Shown: piece after piece, positions 9,771 to 21,587 of the stretch | Layout: each line of letters opens with the position of its first letter | Numbering within the stretch: the stretch's first letter is position 1 | Assembly (NCBI GenBank): GCA_963733195.1 | Contig: CAVTCR010000062.1 | Span: 320,001 to 384,000 of the forward strand | Origin: an uncultured delta proteobacterium | GTDB lineage: Bacteria; Desulfobacterota; Binatia; Bin18 | Direction of reading: 5' to 3' | Length of the DNA stretch: 64,000 nucleotides | Made by a program: the position numbers and the translations under genes | The notes under the pieces: generated by a model | Told to the model about the DNA's origin: nothing | Database searches by the model: none | The model's input: only the letters and a program-made list of their open reading frames with translations

Positions 9771-12700
9771 CTAGACGGTAGACTCTTTCAAGTAATCGCG
9801 CAGACTCCTCGCCGTATGCGAGGTGCGCCAATGCTTGAGAAGCTCCTCGGGCGGACCACAGGCAACGATGTGGCCTCCGTCCACGCCTCCCTCCGGCCCA
9901 AGGTCGATAACGTAGTCAGCTTCTTTGACGATGTCGAGGTTGTGTTCGATCGTCACGACAGTGTTGCCTTTATCTACTAGGCGATGCAATGCGTGGATCA
10001 ATTTTTCAATGTCAGCAAAATGCAATCCCGTCGTCGGTTCATCTAACACGTAGAGAGTTTTTCCCCGCGATTCCTTTGCTAGCTCATACGCAAGCTTGAT
10101 ACGCTGCGCCTCGCCACCTGAGAGTGAATTACTTGCTTGTCCAAGAGTGATGTAGCCCATGCCTATATCATCTAACAATCTGAGTGGTCCCGAGATTTTC
10201 GGTACACCGTGAAAGAAGGTGGCCGCTTCTTCAATCGTCATATTGAGCACATCGGCAATGTGTTTACCGTTGTACGCCACTGACAGGGTTTCTTCGTTAT
10301 AGCGTTTGCCACCACACTCCTCACATGCCACATACACATCCGGCAAGAAACTCATTTCCATTTTGATCTCGCCCTGCCCAGCGCATGTTTCACAACGTCC
10401 ACTTTTGACGTTGAAAGAGAAACGACCAGGTAAATAACCCTTCAATCGGGCTTCAGGGAGGAGCGCAAACAGTTTGCGCACTTCATCCCAGAAACCAACA
10501 TACGAAGCCGGGACTGAACGTGGCGTTTTCCCAATCGGCGTTTGATCCACTTCCACCACGCGTTCGATAGGATCGATTCCCTCCATACGGTCATGCAGGC
10601 CCGCACGACCAGCGAACGAGCCAAGTTTCTTCTTGAGTCCTTTGACCAAGACCTCTTGCACCAGCGAACTCTTGCCAGAACCTGATACGCCAGTCACACA
10701 GGTCCAGGTCCCGACGGGAATCCGCACATCAATGTTGCACAGGTTATGTTCCCGTGCACCAACGATAGATAAGTGAGATCGATTATCTAGCGACCGTGCC
10801 GGTCCGAGGCGTGGGTGCGAACTCTGGAGAAACCGTCCCGTCACCGAGTCGGGATTATCTTTCAAGTCGTCCGGCGTACCGATCGCGATCACTTTACCAC
10901 CGTTGACTCCAGCGCCTGGGCCAAGATCAATGACAATATCCGCACTCGCGATGGTCTGTTCATCATGCTCAACAACCAGCACCGTGTTGCCGCGCTGCTG
11001 CAGGTTGCGCAGCGTCGCAATCAGCCGTTCGTTATCACGTGGATGTAGACCGATCGTCGGTTCGTCAAGGATGTAGCATACACCACGGAGGTTGGAGCCA
11101 AGTTGCGCAGCTAGACGTATGCGTTGCGCCTCGCCACCAGAGAGGGTGTCGGCGCGACGATCAAGCGTAAGATACGAAAGTCCAACTTCGTTGAGGAACG
11201 ATAGCCGCGGCACGATCTCTTTCAAGATCGGTTCACCAATCATCGCGTCACGCTGTGACAGCGGCAGGGTCGTCATGTGTTGCAGACTATCGCCTGCCGA
11301 CATCGCCATCACTTCCCAAATCGCGTGATGACAGACTTTCACCGCGCGTGCGCGAGGATTAAGTCGCGTACCTACACACGTAGGACATGGAACTTCCGTC
11401 AGAAACTGGCTCGGATACAGGTTCGCGTCTTCGCCTTCACTGCCAGTAATAGCATCGTTGAGAATCGTAAACGCACCACGCACGGTCTTGTCGTCACCGA
11501 GGAACACTAACCGGCGCTGCTCGGTACTCAACTCACCAAACGGTCGGTCTAGTGGTACTCCATGTTTTTTCACATCACGAAGCAACTTCGCATGCTCGCG
11601 ATGAAATTCAGAGCGTGTGAGCGGGAACAACGCCCCATCATTGAGCGATTTACTGTTTTCCGGGACCACAAGTGCCGGATCAAACTCCCAACGTGCCCCG
11701 AGGCCGGAACAGTCTGGACACGCCCCCTGGCGACTATTAAAAGAGAAAAGGCGCGGGTCTAGCAACTCATATCCTAATCCACACGCCACACAGAACAGTT
11801 TCTCACTGTAAGTGCGTTCACCACCTTCACCTTTGAGATGAACTGCGCCATTACCCACCCGAAGCGCTGTTTGCAGCAACGGCTCGATCTTCTGTACTGC
11901 TCCGTTAACAGTCGCACTCCCAATGACGATCTCGAGGTCGTGTTCCTTGTAACGCGCCAGGCTCATCCCTGACGTCAGTTGTGTCATACGCCCGTCAATA
12001 AGCGCCTGCTTGAATCCCAGCTTGCGTGCACCTTCTAATGTATCCTTATGAAAACCTTTGCGCCCACGCACCACCGGTGCCAGGAAAGACACTTCTTGGC
12101 CACGAAAGTCACTGCGTAAGCGATCAAGAATCTGACTGCGGCTTTGGACCGACAGCGGTTGCGCACAATTCACACAATGTTGCACGCCAGCCTTCGCATA
12201 TAACAAACGGAGATAATGCGAGATCTCGGTAATGGTTGCTACTGTCGAATTGCGACCGCCACGACTCATGCGTTGCTCGATCGCCACAGTGGGCGGAATG
12301 CCAGTCAGCAAATCCACGTTGGGTCGCGCCATTACTTTGATGAACTGGCGCGAGTAGGCAGACAGGCTATCGATATACCGTCGCTGTCCTTCGGCATAGA
12401 CAATGTCAAACACCAGTGTCGATTTGCCGGACCCGGATAATCCTGTAACCACCACCATCTCATCACGGGGAATCTCAACCGAGAGGTTTTGTAAATTGTG
12501 CTCTTTGGCACCGACGACGGAAATCAGCTCGCAGTTGGGGCTGAGGGCTGGGGGCTGGAGGGCTGAGGTTTAGATTTTGACTTTTGACTTTTGACTTTTG
12601 ACTTTTGACTTTTGATTTTGACTCTGACCGAGCAACCTGCGCGAGATATTGCCCCGTATACGATTTCTTGACTTTCGCCACTTCCTCCGGCGTCCCGGTG

Positions 12701-15468
12701 GCAATCACTTCTCCACCCCCATCTCCTCCCTCAGGGCCAAGGTCGATCACGTGATCAGCGCATTTGATAACTTCGAGGTTATGCTCGATGATTAACACCG
12801 AGTGACCTCGATCGACAAGTTGATTGAACGCATTGAGAAGCTTCTGAATGTCGGCAAAATGTAAGCCTGTCGTTGGTTCATCGAAGATAAAGAGTGTACT
12901 CGTCGCTTGCTCATCTTTTCCATCTTTGAACAACGAAACAGGGGTTTCTTTTTCCCTGCCGATGTGGGCGGCAAGTTTCAATCGTTGCGCTTCACCACCT
13001 GAGAGAGTAGTCAACGACTGCCCGAGGCGCATGTACTCCAAACCAACCGCGGCGAGCGGTGTAATCCGCTTAATAAGTTCCGCTTGCTTAGAGAAGAACT
13101 CTAACGCTTCAGCAACCGTGAGGTTCATGATCTCGGTCAGATTCTTCCCCTGATACATGACTTCCAGGACTTCTGCGCGGAAGCGTGTTCCATGACACTC
13201 TGGACACGGTACGTACACATCGGAGAGAAACTGCATCTCGATTTTTTCAAACCCTTCACCTTTGCACGTTTCGCATCGTCCTCCTTCCACATTGAAGGAA
13301 AAGGTTCCAGGGGCGTATCCGCGCAACCTCGACATCTCGGTGTCAGCCAACAGGCGGCGAAGCGGGTCGAAAGCTTTTGTATAGGTGAGGAGATTCGCTC
13401 GTGGCGTCGTGCCAATCGGCGCCTGATCAACAAAGATCACATCCGCGAGATTCTCCCCACCAGTGATGTCACGACAGGCGCCAGGAATCCCCACCGCTTC
13501 GCCTTTGCGCTTCTTCAAATTGCGGTACAAGACCTCTTCCACCAAGGTAGATTTTCCTGATCCTGACACTCCGGTGATACACACCATGCAGCCGAGCGGA
13601 ACCGAGACTGTCACATCCTTGAGATTGTGGGCCGTCGTGCCGCTGATTGTGAGGGCCGGCTTGCCTTTTACACTCCGGCGACGCTTTGGCACCGCAATTT
13701 CTGCACGACCTGACAAGTACTTCCCAGTCAGCGAACGCTTATCTTGAAGGATCTTGTCATAGGAGCCAGCAAAGACGACATCACCCCCTTTCTCTCCAGC
13801 GAGTGGTCCCATATCAAGAATGTAGTCTGCCTCGCGAATGATTTCCGGATCGTGCTCGACCACAACAACCGCGTTGCCATTGTCACGCAAACCCTTGAGA
13901 ATCCGCACCAAGCGATGACTGTCGCGGGGATGAAGCCCGATCGATGGCTCATCGAGAATGTAGAGCGTATTCACCAACGAGGATCCAATCGCGGTTGTGA
14001 GATCTACGCGTTCGAGCTCACCACCTGAGAGGGTGCGCGACTGGCGATCAAGGGTAAGATACTCAAGGCCGACTTCAACCAAAAAACGTAATCGTTTGCG
14101 AATCTCATCAAGAATGAGGTGGGCAACTTGATCCTGAAACACCGAAAGTTGCAGATCGCGAAAAAAGGCGTAGCATTCACTAACACTGAGTTGGTTGATA
14201 TCGGCCAATGTTTTCCCGCCGACACGATAGAGCAGACCATCGGGTTTGAGTCGCGCTCCTTTGCAGGTCTCGCAGGGAAAGTAGCCACGATAGCGCGCAA
14301 GGAATACGCGCACGTGCATCTTGTAGGCCTTCCCTTCAAGCCAGCGAAACCAGCCACGGACGCCGTAGTAATCGCCATCACCATCAATAACGATCCGTTG
14401 CTGCTCAGCCGTAAGTTCTTGCCATGGTACTGTCGCCGGAATCTTGCGTTTTTGACAGAACGACACCAGCTCGCGTCGTTCCCATTGCGCGGCTTTGATC
14501 CGCCACGGCTTGATCGCTCCATCTTTCAATGACAGCGTCGGATCAGGGACAACCAGGTCAAGGTCAATATCAATCGTCCGCCCGAATCCACGACAGGATT
14601 CACATGCGCCCAACGGACTATTGAAAGAGAACATGTTGGGCACCGGTTCTTTGTAGGTAATGCGGCAAGAGGCACACTCCAGTTGATCAGAGAACGGCAG
14701 CTCGTTGTTGTCATCCTCAGGAAAGATCAGGATCAGCCGACCTTTGCCATAGCGAAAGGCTTGCTCTAACGAGTCATGAATACGTTTTTTACTCCGATCA
14801 TTGAGCACGAGGCGATCGACCAATACAGTGAAGTACTCTTGTCCTTCGACTGGCCGTTCGCCGAGTTCTTGAATGTCGAGCACCTCGCCATTTTCGACTA
14901 AGCGATGAAAACCGGAATGTAACAAACCGTCACGGATTTCCGTCCACGGCAGCGACGGCGGAGCTGATATCGAAAAGGTCACGAGGAATCGTGCATCTTC
15001 GGGACGTGAGGCCGAGAGTTTGCGAAAGACCGACTCCGCTGAATCACGCTCAACGACTTCGCCGCATTGGCGACAGTGCAACACACCGATCTTCGCGAAT
15101 AACAACTTCAAGTGGTCGTGGAGCTCGGTCATGGTGCCAACCGTCGAACGTGACGTCCGCACCGGACGGTTCTGATCAATAGCGATAGCGGGCAGGATGC
15201 CTTCGATTTTCTCGACCTTCGGTTTATCCATGCGGTCGAGAAACTGGCGCGCATACGCAGAGAAACTCTCAACGTACCGCCGCTGTCCTTCGGCATAGAG
15301 GATGTCAAAGGCGAGGCTCGACTTTCCCGAACCACTGACACCGGTGACCACGGTCAGTTGGTTCAGTGGGATCTTCACATCGATATTTTTAAGGTTGTTC
15401 TGGCGCGCGCCGGTAATCGTAATCGCATCGGCGTTAGTATTAGTGTTTCGTACTCCGTTGGTGCTCAC
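9771..15468 (-). CDS. uvrA: Double-length (tandem-fused) excinuclease ABC subunit A, split by a 1-nt indel near 12560
   Basis: Two complete UvrA units, each with two Walker A GxSGSGKS motifs, LSGGE signatures and Zn fingers. The second unit's N-terminus [21 protein letters not shown] lies in the shifted frame with no start of its own. Confidence 0.88.
12535..12624 (-). repeat. In-frame heptamer tracts in the UvrA inter-unit linker
   Basis: (GTCAAAA)n encoding [14 protein letters not shown], followed by (CCTCAGC/CCCCAGC)n. Confidence 0.85.
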
Positions 15469-15685
15469 CCACGTCCTCCACTGAAGGCAGGGGTCGGGTT
15501 TCAGAGATCGGGGATTAGTTTCCTAAGTCTGCAACTTCTGTAAGCCTTTTTCACCAACCCTGACCCCTGACTCCTAGCCCTTAACATCATACTTCGAGTG
15601 TAAATCGTCCCTCTTCATAGTCGCTGCATGCCAGTGAGTCCAGACGGGCACTATGCTACAGTGGGGGCGTTTCAGGAGGCTTTGC

Positions 15686-17087
15686 ATGGGAGGAGAATTT
15701 TGGTTTGAGGTCGCGATCATTCTATTGTTGATCCTTGCGAACGGTTTCTTTTCTGGCTCAGAGATGGCGATTATCTCTGTCCGCCGCAGCCGCATTGATC
15801 AACTGGTAGAGGACGGACACAAGTCTGCCCAAGTGGTAGCGCGTCTCAAGGATGATTCCGACCGCTTTCTCGCGACGGTCCAGGTGGGGATCACGTTAGT
15901 TGGTTCTCTTGCCTCAGTGCTGGGAGGTGCCTCGGCGATAGAATACCTACGCCCGATCTTTCAGCAAAGCGAGAGTGCCTTTCTTCGTCAGTGGGGCGAA
16001 GCTACTCGCCCTCGGTGTCATGGTTGTCATTATTTCATACTTGTCCTTGGTCTTGGGAGAATTGGTTCCGAAAACCCTCGCTCTGCGCTACTCGGAACAG
16101 ATCGCCCTTTTTGTCGCCCGTCCGCTCGATCTTCTCTCACGGATGCTCTCCGTGATTGTGCGCTTTCTCACCGCCTCTTCCAACGTGCTCCTCTTTTTCA
16201 CCGGTACCGGCGCCAAATCGACCGAAGCCCTCATTTCTGAAGAAGAGGTTCGCTATCTCGTTAGCGAAGGCGCAGAGAAGGGAGTCTTCGATGACACGGA
16301 GAAAGAGTTTATTCATAGTGTGTTTGATTTTGCGGATACGTCGGTGCGAGAAATACTGACTCCGCGTACGGAAATTCACGGCCTTGAAGTCTCCACCTCG
16401 GCAACCGACGCTCTACACGAGATGATTGAGAGCGGTTTTTCACGCATGCCAGTGTATGAAGAGGATTTGGACCACATTATCGGGATCGTGCATATCAAAG
16501 AATTACTGAAAGCCCGTGAGCACGGAGAAAGCGCGTCATTACGGAACCTCTTACACCCAGCGCATTTTGTGCCCGACTCCATGCAGATCAGTCATTTGTT
16601 ACGCGAACTGCAAGTGCGACGAGCGCATATGGCAATCGTCATTAACGAATTCGGTACCGTAATCGGCATCGCCACCATTGAAGACATCATGGAAGAGATC
16701 GTCGGTGAGATTCGCGACGAGTATGATGAAGATGAAGAACAGCCAGTGCAGGAAATTTCCGAAGGCGTGTTGCTGGTTGAAGGCGGCGTCGCGCTCAGCG
16801 AACTCAAAGAAGAGCACAGTATTCCCCTCGAAGAAACCCAGGCCTACCGCACTCTCGCGGGTTTTCTTCTCGCCCGCCTCGAACGCATTCCACGTGGACG
16901 TGAGATCGTCACGCACGAAGGCTATCGTTTCACGATTGTTGAGATGGATGGGCGACGGATTGCGAAAGTGCGGGTGGAAAAGATCGATAACCCACCAGTA
17001 CCAACTGCTACCATCCGTTCAGGAGGAGAGCAAGCAGCCAGCGAATGGATAGCCGAGAGGCTAAAGTCTAGGAGTCTGGGAGTCTGA
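15686..17087 (+). CDS. Hemolysin-family CNNM(DUF21)-CBS-CorC/HlyC protein (frameshift near 16000)
   Basis: ANGFFSGSEMA, FLATVQVGITL, GELVPK, CBS pair (FSRMPVY, TIEDIMEEIVGEIRDEYD) and C-terminal TLAGF...DGRRIAKV. Confidence 0.88.
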
Positions 17088-17103
17088 AGAGTCTAGGAGT
17101 CGA
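17064..17103 (+). repeat. Octamer tract (GAGTCTRG)n, left arm
   Basis: aagtctag gagtctgg gagtctga agagtcta ggagtcga. Confidence 0.85.
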
Positions 17104-17135
17104 AAAACTTATGAGCTTATAAAGGGGTATTGAGT

Positions 17136-17510
17136 ATGCCAACGGTACGGCGATTTGAAGATTTGCAAGCGTGGCAGAAAGCGCGAGAGTTGGTCCGTGA
17201 AATTTATACAACGAGCGCTGACGGACGCTTGAGCAAAGATTTCGGATTGCGAGATCAAGTCTGCCGTGCTGCGGTATCAGCCATGAGCAACATCGCTGAG
17301 GGGTTTGCAAGAGGAAGCGATAAAGATTTCGCTCATTTTCTTGATATCGCTAGAGGATCATCGCTAGAAGTACAGTCTCTACTCTATGTTGCACTCGATG
17401 TCGGATATATCGATCAACAACAATTCGAGAGATTATACAAACTGGCCGACGAGACAGTCTCCCTCATCATCGGCTTCAGCTCATACCTTCGTAAGCACCC
17501 CAGCTCCTAG
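17136..17510 (+). CDS. Four-helix-bundle protein (23S rRNA IVS protein / TIGR02436-like)
   Basis: RFEDLQAWQKA, DFGLRDQVCRAAVSAMSNIAEGF and FLDIARGSSLEVQSLLYVALDVGYI. Confidence 0.92.
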   Translation: MPTVRRFEDLQAWQKARELVREIYTTSADGRLSKDFGLRDQVCRAAVSAMSNIAEGFARGSDKDFAHFLDIARGSSLEVQSLLYVALDVGYIDQQQFERLYKLADETVSLIIGFSSYLRKHPSS

Positions 17511-17556
17511 ACGTCGCCCAGACTCCCAGACTCTATAGACTCCCAGACTCTTAGAC
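17504..17556 (-). repeat. Octamer tract (CCAGACTC)n, right arm, inverted relative to 17064-17103
   Basis: ctcctagac...ccagactc ccagactc tatagactc ccagactc ttagac; the reverse complement of CCAGACTC is GAGTCTGG. Confidence 0.85.
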
Positions 17557-17560
17557 CGTT

Positions 17561-17843
17561 TTACTGGCAGCACCTCCGCCTTACGATACCCTGCCCCAAT
17601 CGCGGCTCGTTCACTGGGAAAGATGACTTGATTGTCGGGATTGATCAGATCGTAGCCGTGACATCCGATGGTGCGATATACCTTGCTCCGACGGTTGGCA
17701 CGCACTTCTTCTGCCACTGAGGCTGTCTGGACCGCAGCCACTTGCACTGGGGTAGGAGCAGTTTTTCGCTTGACGACTGGAATGGCCACCACCAGTTTTC
17801 CTAGGCAAGGCAAACGTAAGACAGAGACCCAGCAGTTGACCAC
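17561..17843 (-). pseudogene. Ada-type metal-binding domain fragment or small protein
   Basis: VRANRRSKVYRTIGCHGYDLINPDNQVIFPSERAAIGAGYRKA resembles the GNxxSKxYHxxxC...F.SE..A..AGYR pattern. No clear start. Confidence 0.5.
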
Positions 17844-17911
17844 ACCCTAGGTTTCGGACTATGAACACCTGTCCACTCGCTCACACTCTCAGCGCTAAAG
17901 GGGGGCCTCAT

Positions 17912-18895
17912 ATGGCAGAAGTAAGTAAGGATAAACTCCTCAAAATGTACCGCACGATGCAGACGATTCGCCATTTCGAGGAACGGCTGCGCGATTTGTT
18001 CAAGGAAGGGAAAGTTCCTGGCTTCGTCCATGTCTCAATTGGTGAGGAAGCGTCAGCGACCGGTGTCTGCGCTGCCCTGACCGACGAGGACTACATCACC
18101 AGTACCCACCGTGGCCACGGCCATCTTCTTGCCAAAGGTGGAAAACTCAAACCGATGATGGCCGAACTGTTTGGCAAGAAAACTGGTTATTGCAAAGGCA
18201 AAGGTGGGTCGATGCATATCGCCGACTTCAGCATCGGTATTCTTGGCGCTAATGGCATTGTTGGCGCGGGTCTGCCTATTGCTACCGGTGCCGGGTTAGC
18301 GGCAAAAATGAGAAAAAGTGGTCAGGTGGCGGTCTGCTTCTTTGGCGACGGCGCCTCGAACGAAGGTACGTTCCATGAATCCCTCAACATCGCTTCGTCC
18401 TGGAAACTCCCAGTCGTTTATGTCTGCGAGAATAACCTCTATGGCGAATTCACCGCCGGAAAAGATGTCACCTCAGTCAAAGACATTGCCGATCGTGCGC
18501 GCGGTCATGACATGCCCGGCATCATCGTTAACGGCAATGATGTGGTCGAAGTCTATGAAACAACCTCAGAAGCAGTTGCCCGTGCGCGCCGCGGAGAAGG
18601 GCCAACATTGATCGAATGCAAAACCTACCGCTGGGAAGGCCACGTCGTTGGTGAAGAAGCCTTTCTCGGCAAGAAAGCTTATCGTCCGGCAGAGGAAATC
18701 GCCGAGTGGAAAAAACGCTGCCCACTCATCTCGTTCGAGAACCGCTATACCGCAAATGGGATGTTCAATAAAGCCGACCTGGACGCGATCAAAGCCGAGG
18801 TGAAACGCGACATCGACGAGGCAGTCCAATTCGCCATCGATAGCCCATTGCCAGCTCCAGAAGAGGCGATGGAGGATATGTTTTCGGTGGCATAA
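17912..18895 (+). CDS. acoA: TPP-dependent acetoin/pyruvate dehydrogenase E1 alpha subunit
   Basis: STHRGHGH, GKGGSMH, TPP motif FFGDGASNEG...ENN and TYRWEGH. Confidence 0.85.
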   Translation: MAEVSKDKLLKMYRTMQTIRHFEERLRDLFKEGKVPGFVHVSIGEEASATGVCAALTDEDYITSTHRGHGHLLAKGGKLKPMMAELFGKKTGYCKGKGGSMHIADFSIGILGANGIVGAGLPIATGAGLAAKMRKSGQVAVCFFGDGASNEGTFHESLNIASSWKLPVVYVCENNLYGEFTAGKDVTSVKDIADRARGHDMPGIIVNGNDVVEVYETTSEAVARARRGEGPTLIECKTYRWEGHVVGEEAFLGKKAYRPAEEIAEWKKRCPLISFENRYTANGMFNKADLDAIKAEVKRDIDEAVQFAIDSPLPAPEEAMEDMFSVA

Positions 18896-19066
18896 GAAGG
18901 GGAAACGGGAAAAAGGGTAAAAGGCGAAAAGGATAAATCATTAGAAAATTCTGGATTAGTTTTCATTTCTCCTTTTCACCGTTTCGCCCTTTCCCCTTTT
19001 CGCCACATTCTCCAGGGGACAACACTGATTGTCTATCGTTCACACTAACGTTAAGGGAGAGCAATT

Positions 19067-20035
19067 ATGGCTGAAATTTCATACATTCGTGCGATCAACG
19101 AAGCATTACGGGAAGAGTTACGCCGCGATCCACTTACGTTTGTGATGGGATTGGACGTTTGGGTCGGCGCCTTCGGCGCTACCGGTGGATTGACGGATGA
19201 GTTCGGCCCTGAACGTATCCGCAATGCGCCTATTTCTGAAGCTGGATATGCTGGAGCGGGTGTCGGCGCGGCAATGGCTGGGATGCGACCCATCGTGGAA
19301 ATCGAGTTCGCCAGCTTCTTCTATTGCTGCTGGGATCAGGTGTGTAATCAGGCGGCAAAGCTCCGATACATGTCTGGCGGACAAGCGGATATCCCCATCA
19401 CATTCCGTGCGGCATATGGTGCGACAGGACAAGCGGCAGCCCAGCATTCCGAGACGGTATACGCGCAGTTCATGAGCGTACCGGGGTTAAAGATCGTTGC
19501 CCCATCAGACCCGTACGACATGAAGGGCTTGTTAAAAAGCGCCATCCGCGACAACAACCCAGTCCTCGTATTCGAGCATATGGGACTCGGTCGTTTGCGC
19601 GGCCAGGTTCCTGAAGAAGATTACGTCGTGCCGATCGGCAAAGGCGCAGTTAAACGTGAAGGGAAAGACATCACCGTTGTCGCGATTGGCGCTATGGTGT
19701 CCAAAGCGCTCGCCGCCGCTAAGGCGTTGGAACAAGAAGGCATCTCCATCGAAGTGGTTGATCCACGCTCGCTCGTTCCTCTTGATGAAGAGATCATTCT
19801 CAATTCCGTAGGGAAGACACATAAAGTGCTGATCGTTGATGAAGGCCACCTGCGCGGCGGCGCAGCAGCGGAAATTGCGGCGGTGGTCGCGGATAAAGGG
19901 TTTGACCTGCTCGACGCCCCGGTCAAACGGCTGACGACCCCGGACGTACCCATCCCCTTTAGCCCACCGATGGAAAAGTTCGTGCTGCCCGATGACACGA
20001 AGATTGTCAAAGCGGTGAAGGAGTTGGTCGGATAG
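19067..20035 (+). CDS. acoB: Acetoin/pyruvate dehydrogenase E1 beta subunit
   Basis: APISEAG, GMRPIVEI, AAQHSE and EVVDPRSLVPLD. Confidence 0.85.
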   Translation: MAEISYIRAINEALREELRRDPLTFVMGLDVWVGAFGATGGLTDEFGPERIRNAPISEAGYAGAGVGAAMAGMRPIVEIEFASFFYCCWDQVCNQAAKLRYMSGGQADIPITFRAAYGATGQAAAQHSETVYAQFMSVPGLKIVAPSDPYDMKGLLKSAIRDNNPVLVFEHMGLGRLRGQVPEEDYVVPIGKGAVKREGKDITVVAIGAMVSKALAAAKALEQEGISIEVVDPRSLVPLDEEIILNSVGKTHKVLIVDEGHLRGGAAAEIAAVVADKGFDLLDAPVKRLTTPDVPIPFSPPMEKFVLPDDTKIVKAVKELVG

Positions 20036-20201
20036 TCGAGATCAGGTAGTGAACAGGCGAAAGGGCAAAAGGCAAAAAGGGGAGGAGGATGTCATCAGAG
20101 TGCTGTCTTGTGTTCCCTTTTCCCGTTTACCCATTTCCCACTTCTAGACTGTGTGGACTCGAGACTGACGTTAAGACGGAAAGAGAAGAAGGGAGAAAAC
20201 C

Positions 20202-21472
20202 GTGGCGGTAGAAGTCGACCATGCCGAAGTTCGGTCTGACCATGACCGAAGGAACCATCCAAAAGTGGTTCAAGAATGAAGGGGATGCGATCAAAGCTGG
20301 CGAGGCGATCTTTGAGGTAGAAACAGAAAAGGTGCTCTACGAAGTGGAGTGTTCGGCAACTGGAACAGTAGCGAAGTTGCTCTATCCGGTTGAGGCAGTG
20401 GTCGCGGTTGGACTGCCAGTTGCCGTCATTGCCGAAGCTGGTGAGAACGTCGCCGAGGTCGCCGCTCGGTATGGTGGTGGAGCGCCAACTACACAAGCTG
20501 CAGCGGCTTCGTCTGTTGCCGCAGCACCAGTGCTGCAAGTGCCGCACCAGCAGCCGCATCAGCCAGTGGCCGGAGAGAAGGTGCACCTGTCACCCCTGCC
20601 GCCCGTAAGCTCGCGCAAGAGAATGGCATCGACGTCTCACAGCTTGTTGGCACAGGGCCAGGAGGTCGCATCACGCGCGAGGATGTCGAGAAAGCTATTG
20701 CTGATCGTGCGAAAGCACCTGCCCCGACCGCGGCTCCGGCAGCAGCTCCAGCGGCTGCACCTGCACCACGCCCGCTGCAGCACCAGCTCGCAGGGGACAG
20801 AGCATCCCGCTCCGTGGCATGCGCAAAGTCATCGCCGAACGCATGCATAAAAGCCTGCAAGGAAGTGCGCAGCTCACGATTACGACAGAAGTCGATGTCA
20901 CGCAGTTAATTGATCGCCGTCAGGAAGTGCAACGCGAGTTCAACGCAACATACACAGACTTCATCGTCCAAGCCTGTGCTCATGCACTCAAACAACATCC
21001 TCGGATGAATTCCACCCTCGACGGTGAGACGATCCGTCATCTTGAGCAGGTCAGTGTCGGCATCGCGGTTGCCTTGGAGGAAGGATTGATTGTCCCGGTA
21101 GTTCCGAATACAGACAAAAAATCACTGAAAGAGATTGCCCAAGAAGCACGGGCGTTAGCCGAGAAAGCTCGCGCTGGAAAACTCACCTTAGAAGAGGTCT
21201 CCGGCGGGACGTTTACCGTGTCCAACCTCGGTATGTTTGGTATCGATGGCTTCACGCCGATCATCAATACACCGCAGATTGGCATTCTCGGGGTAGGACG
21301 CATTGTTGAGAAGCCGATCATTTATCGTGGTGAAATTGCAAAACGTTCAATGATGGTGCTGAGCTTAACATTCGATCATCGTATCATCGATGGTGCACCA
21401 GCTGGCGCGTTCTTACAAACCGTCGCCGACTTGCTGGCGCATGGGAATCGGATTTCGTTGGACGCGCGATAA
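20202..21472 (+). CDS. acoC: Dihydrolipoamide acetyltransferase E2 (frameshifted)
   Basis: Lipoyl domain [11 protein letters not shown]...EVETEK, peripheral subunit-binding segment [13 protein letters not shown], and catalytic [10 protein letters not shown] and FDHRIIDGA. Confidence 0.85.
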
Positions 21473-21587
21473 GAAGCAAGAAGCGGAGAACCGGCGACGG
21501 GAGGAATCGGAGAAGAATTCTTTTTGCCTTTACTCTCCGTTTCTCCGCTTCCCCGGTTCCTCCAACGGAGAATTGCTGGAATTTGCA

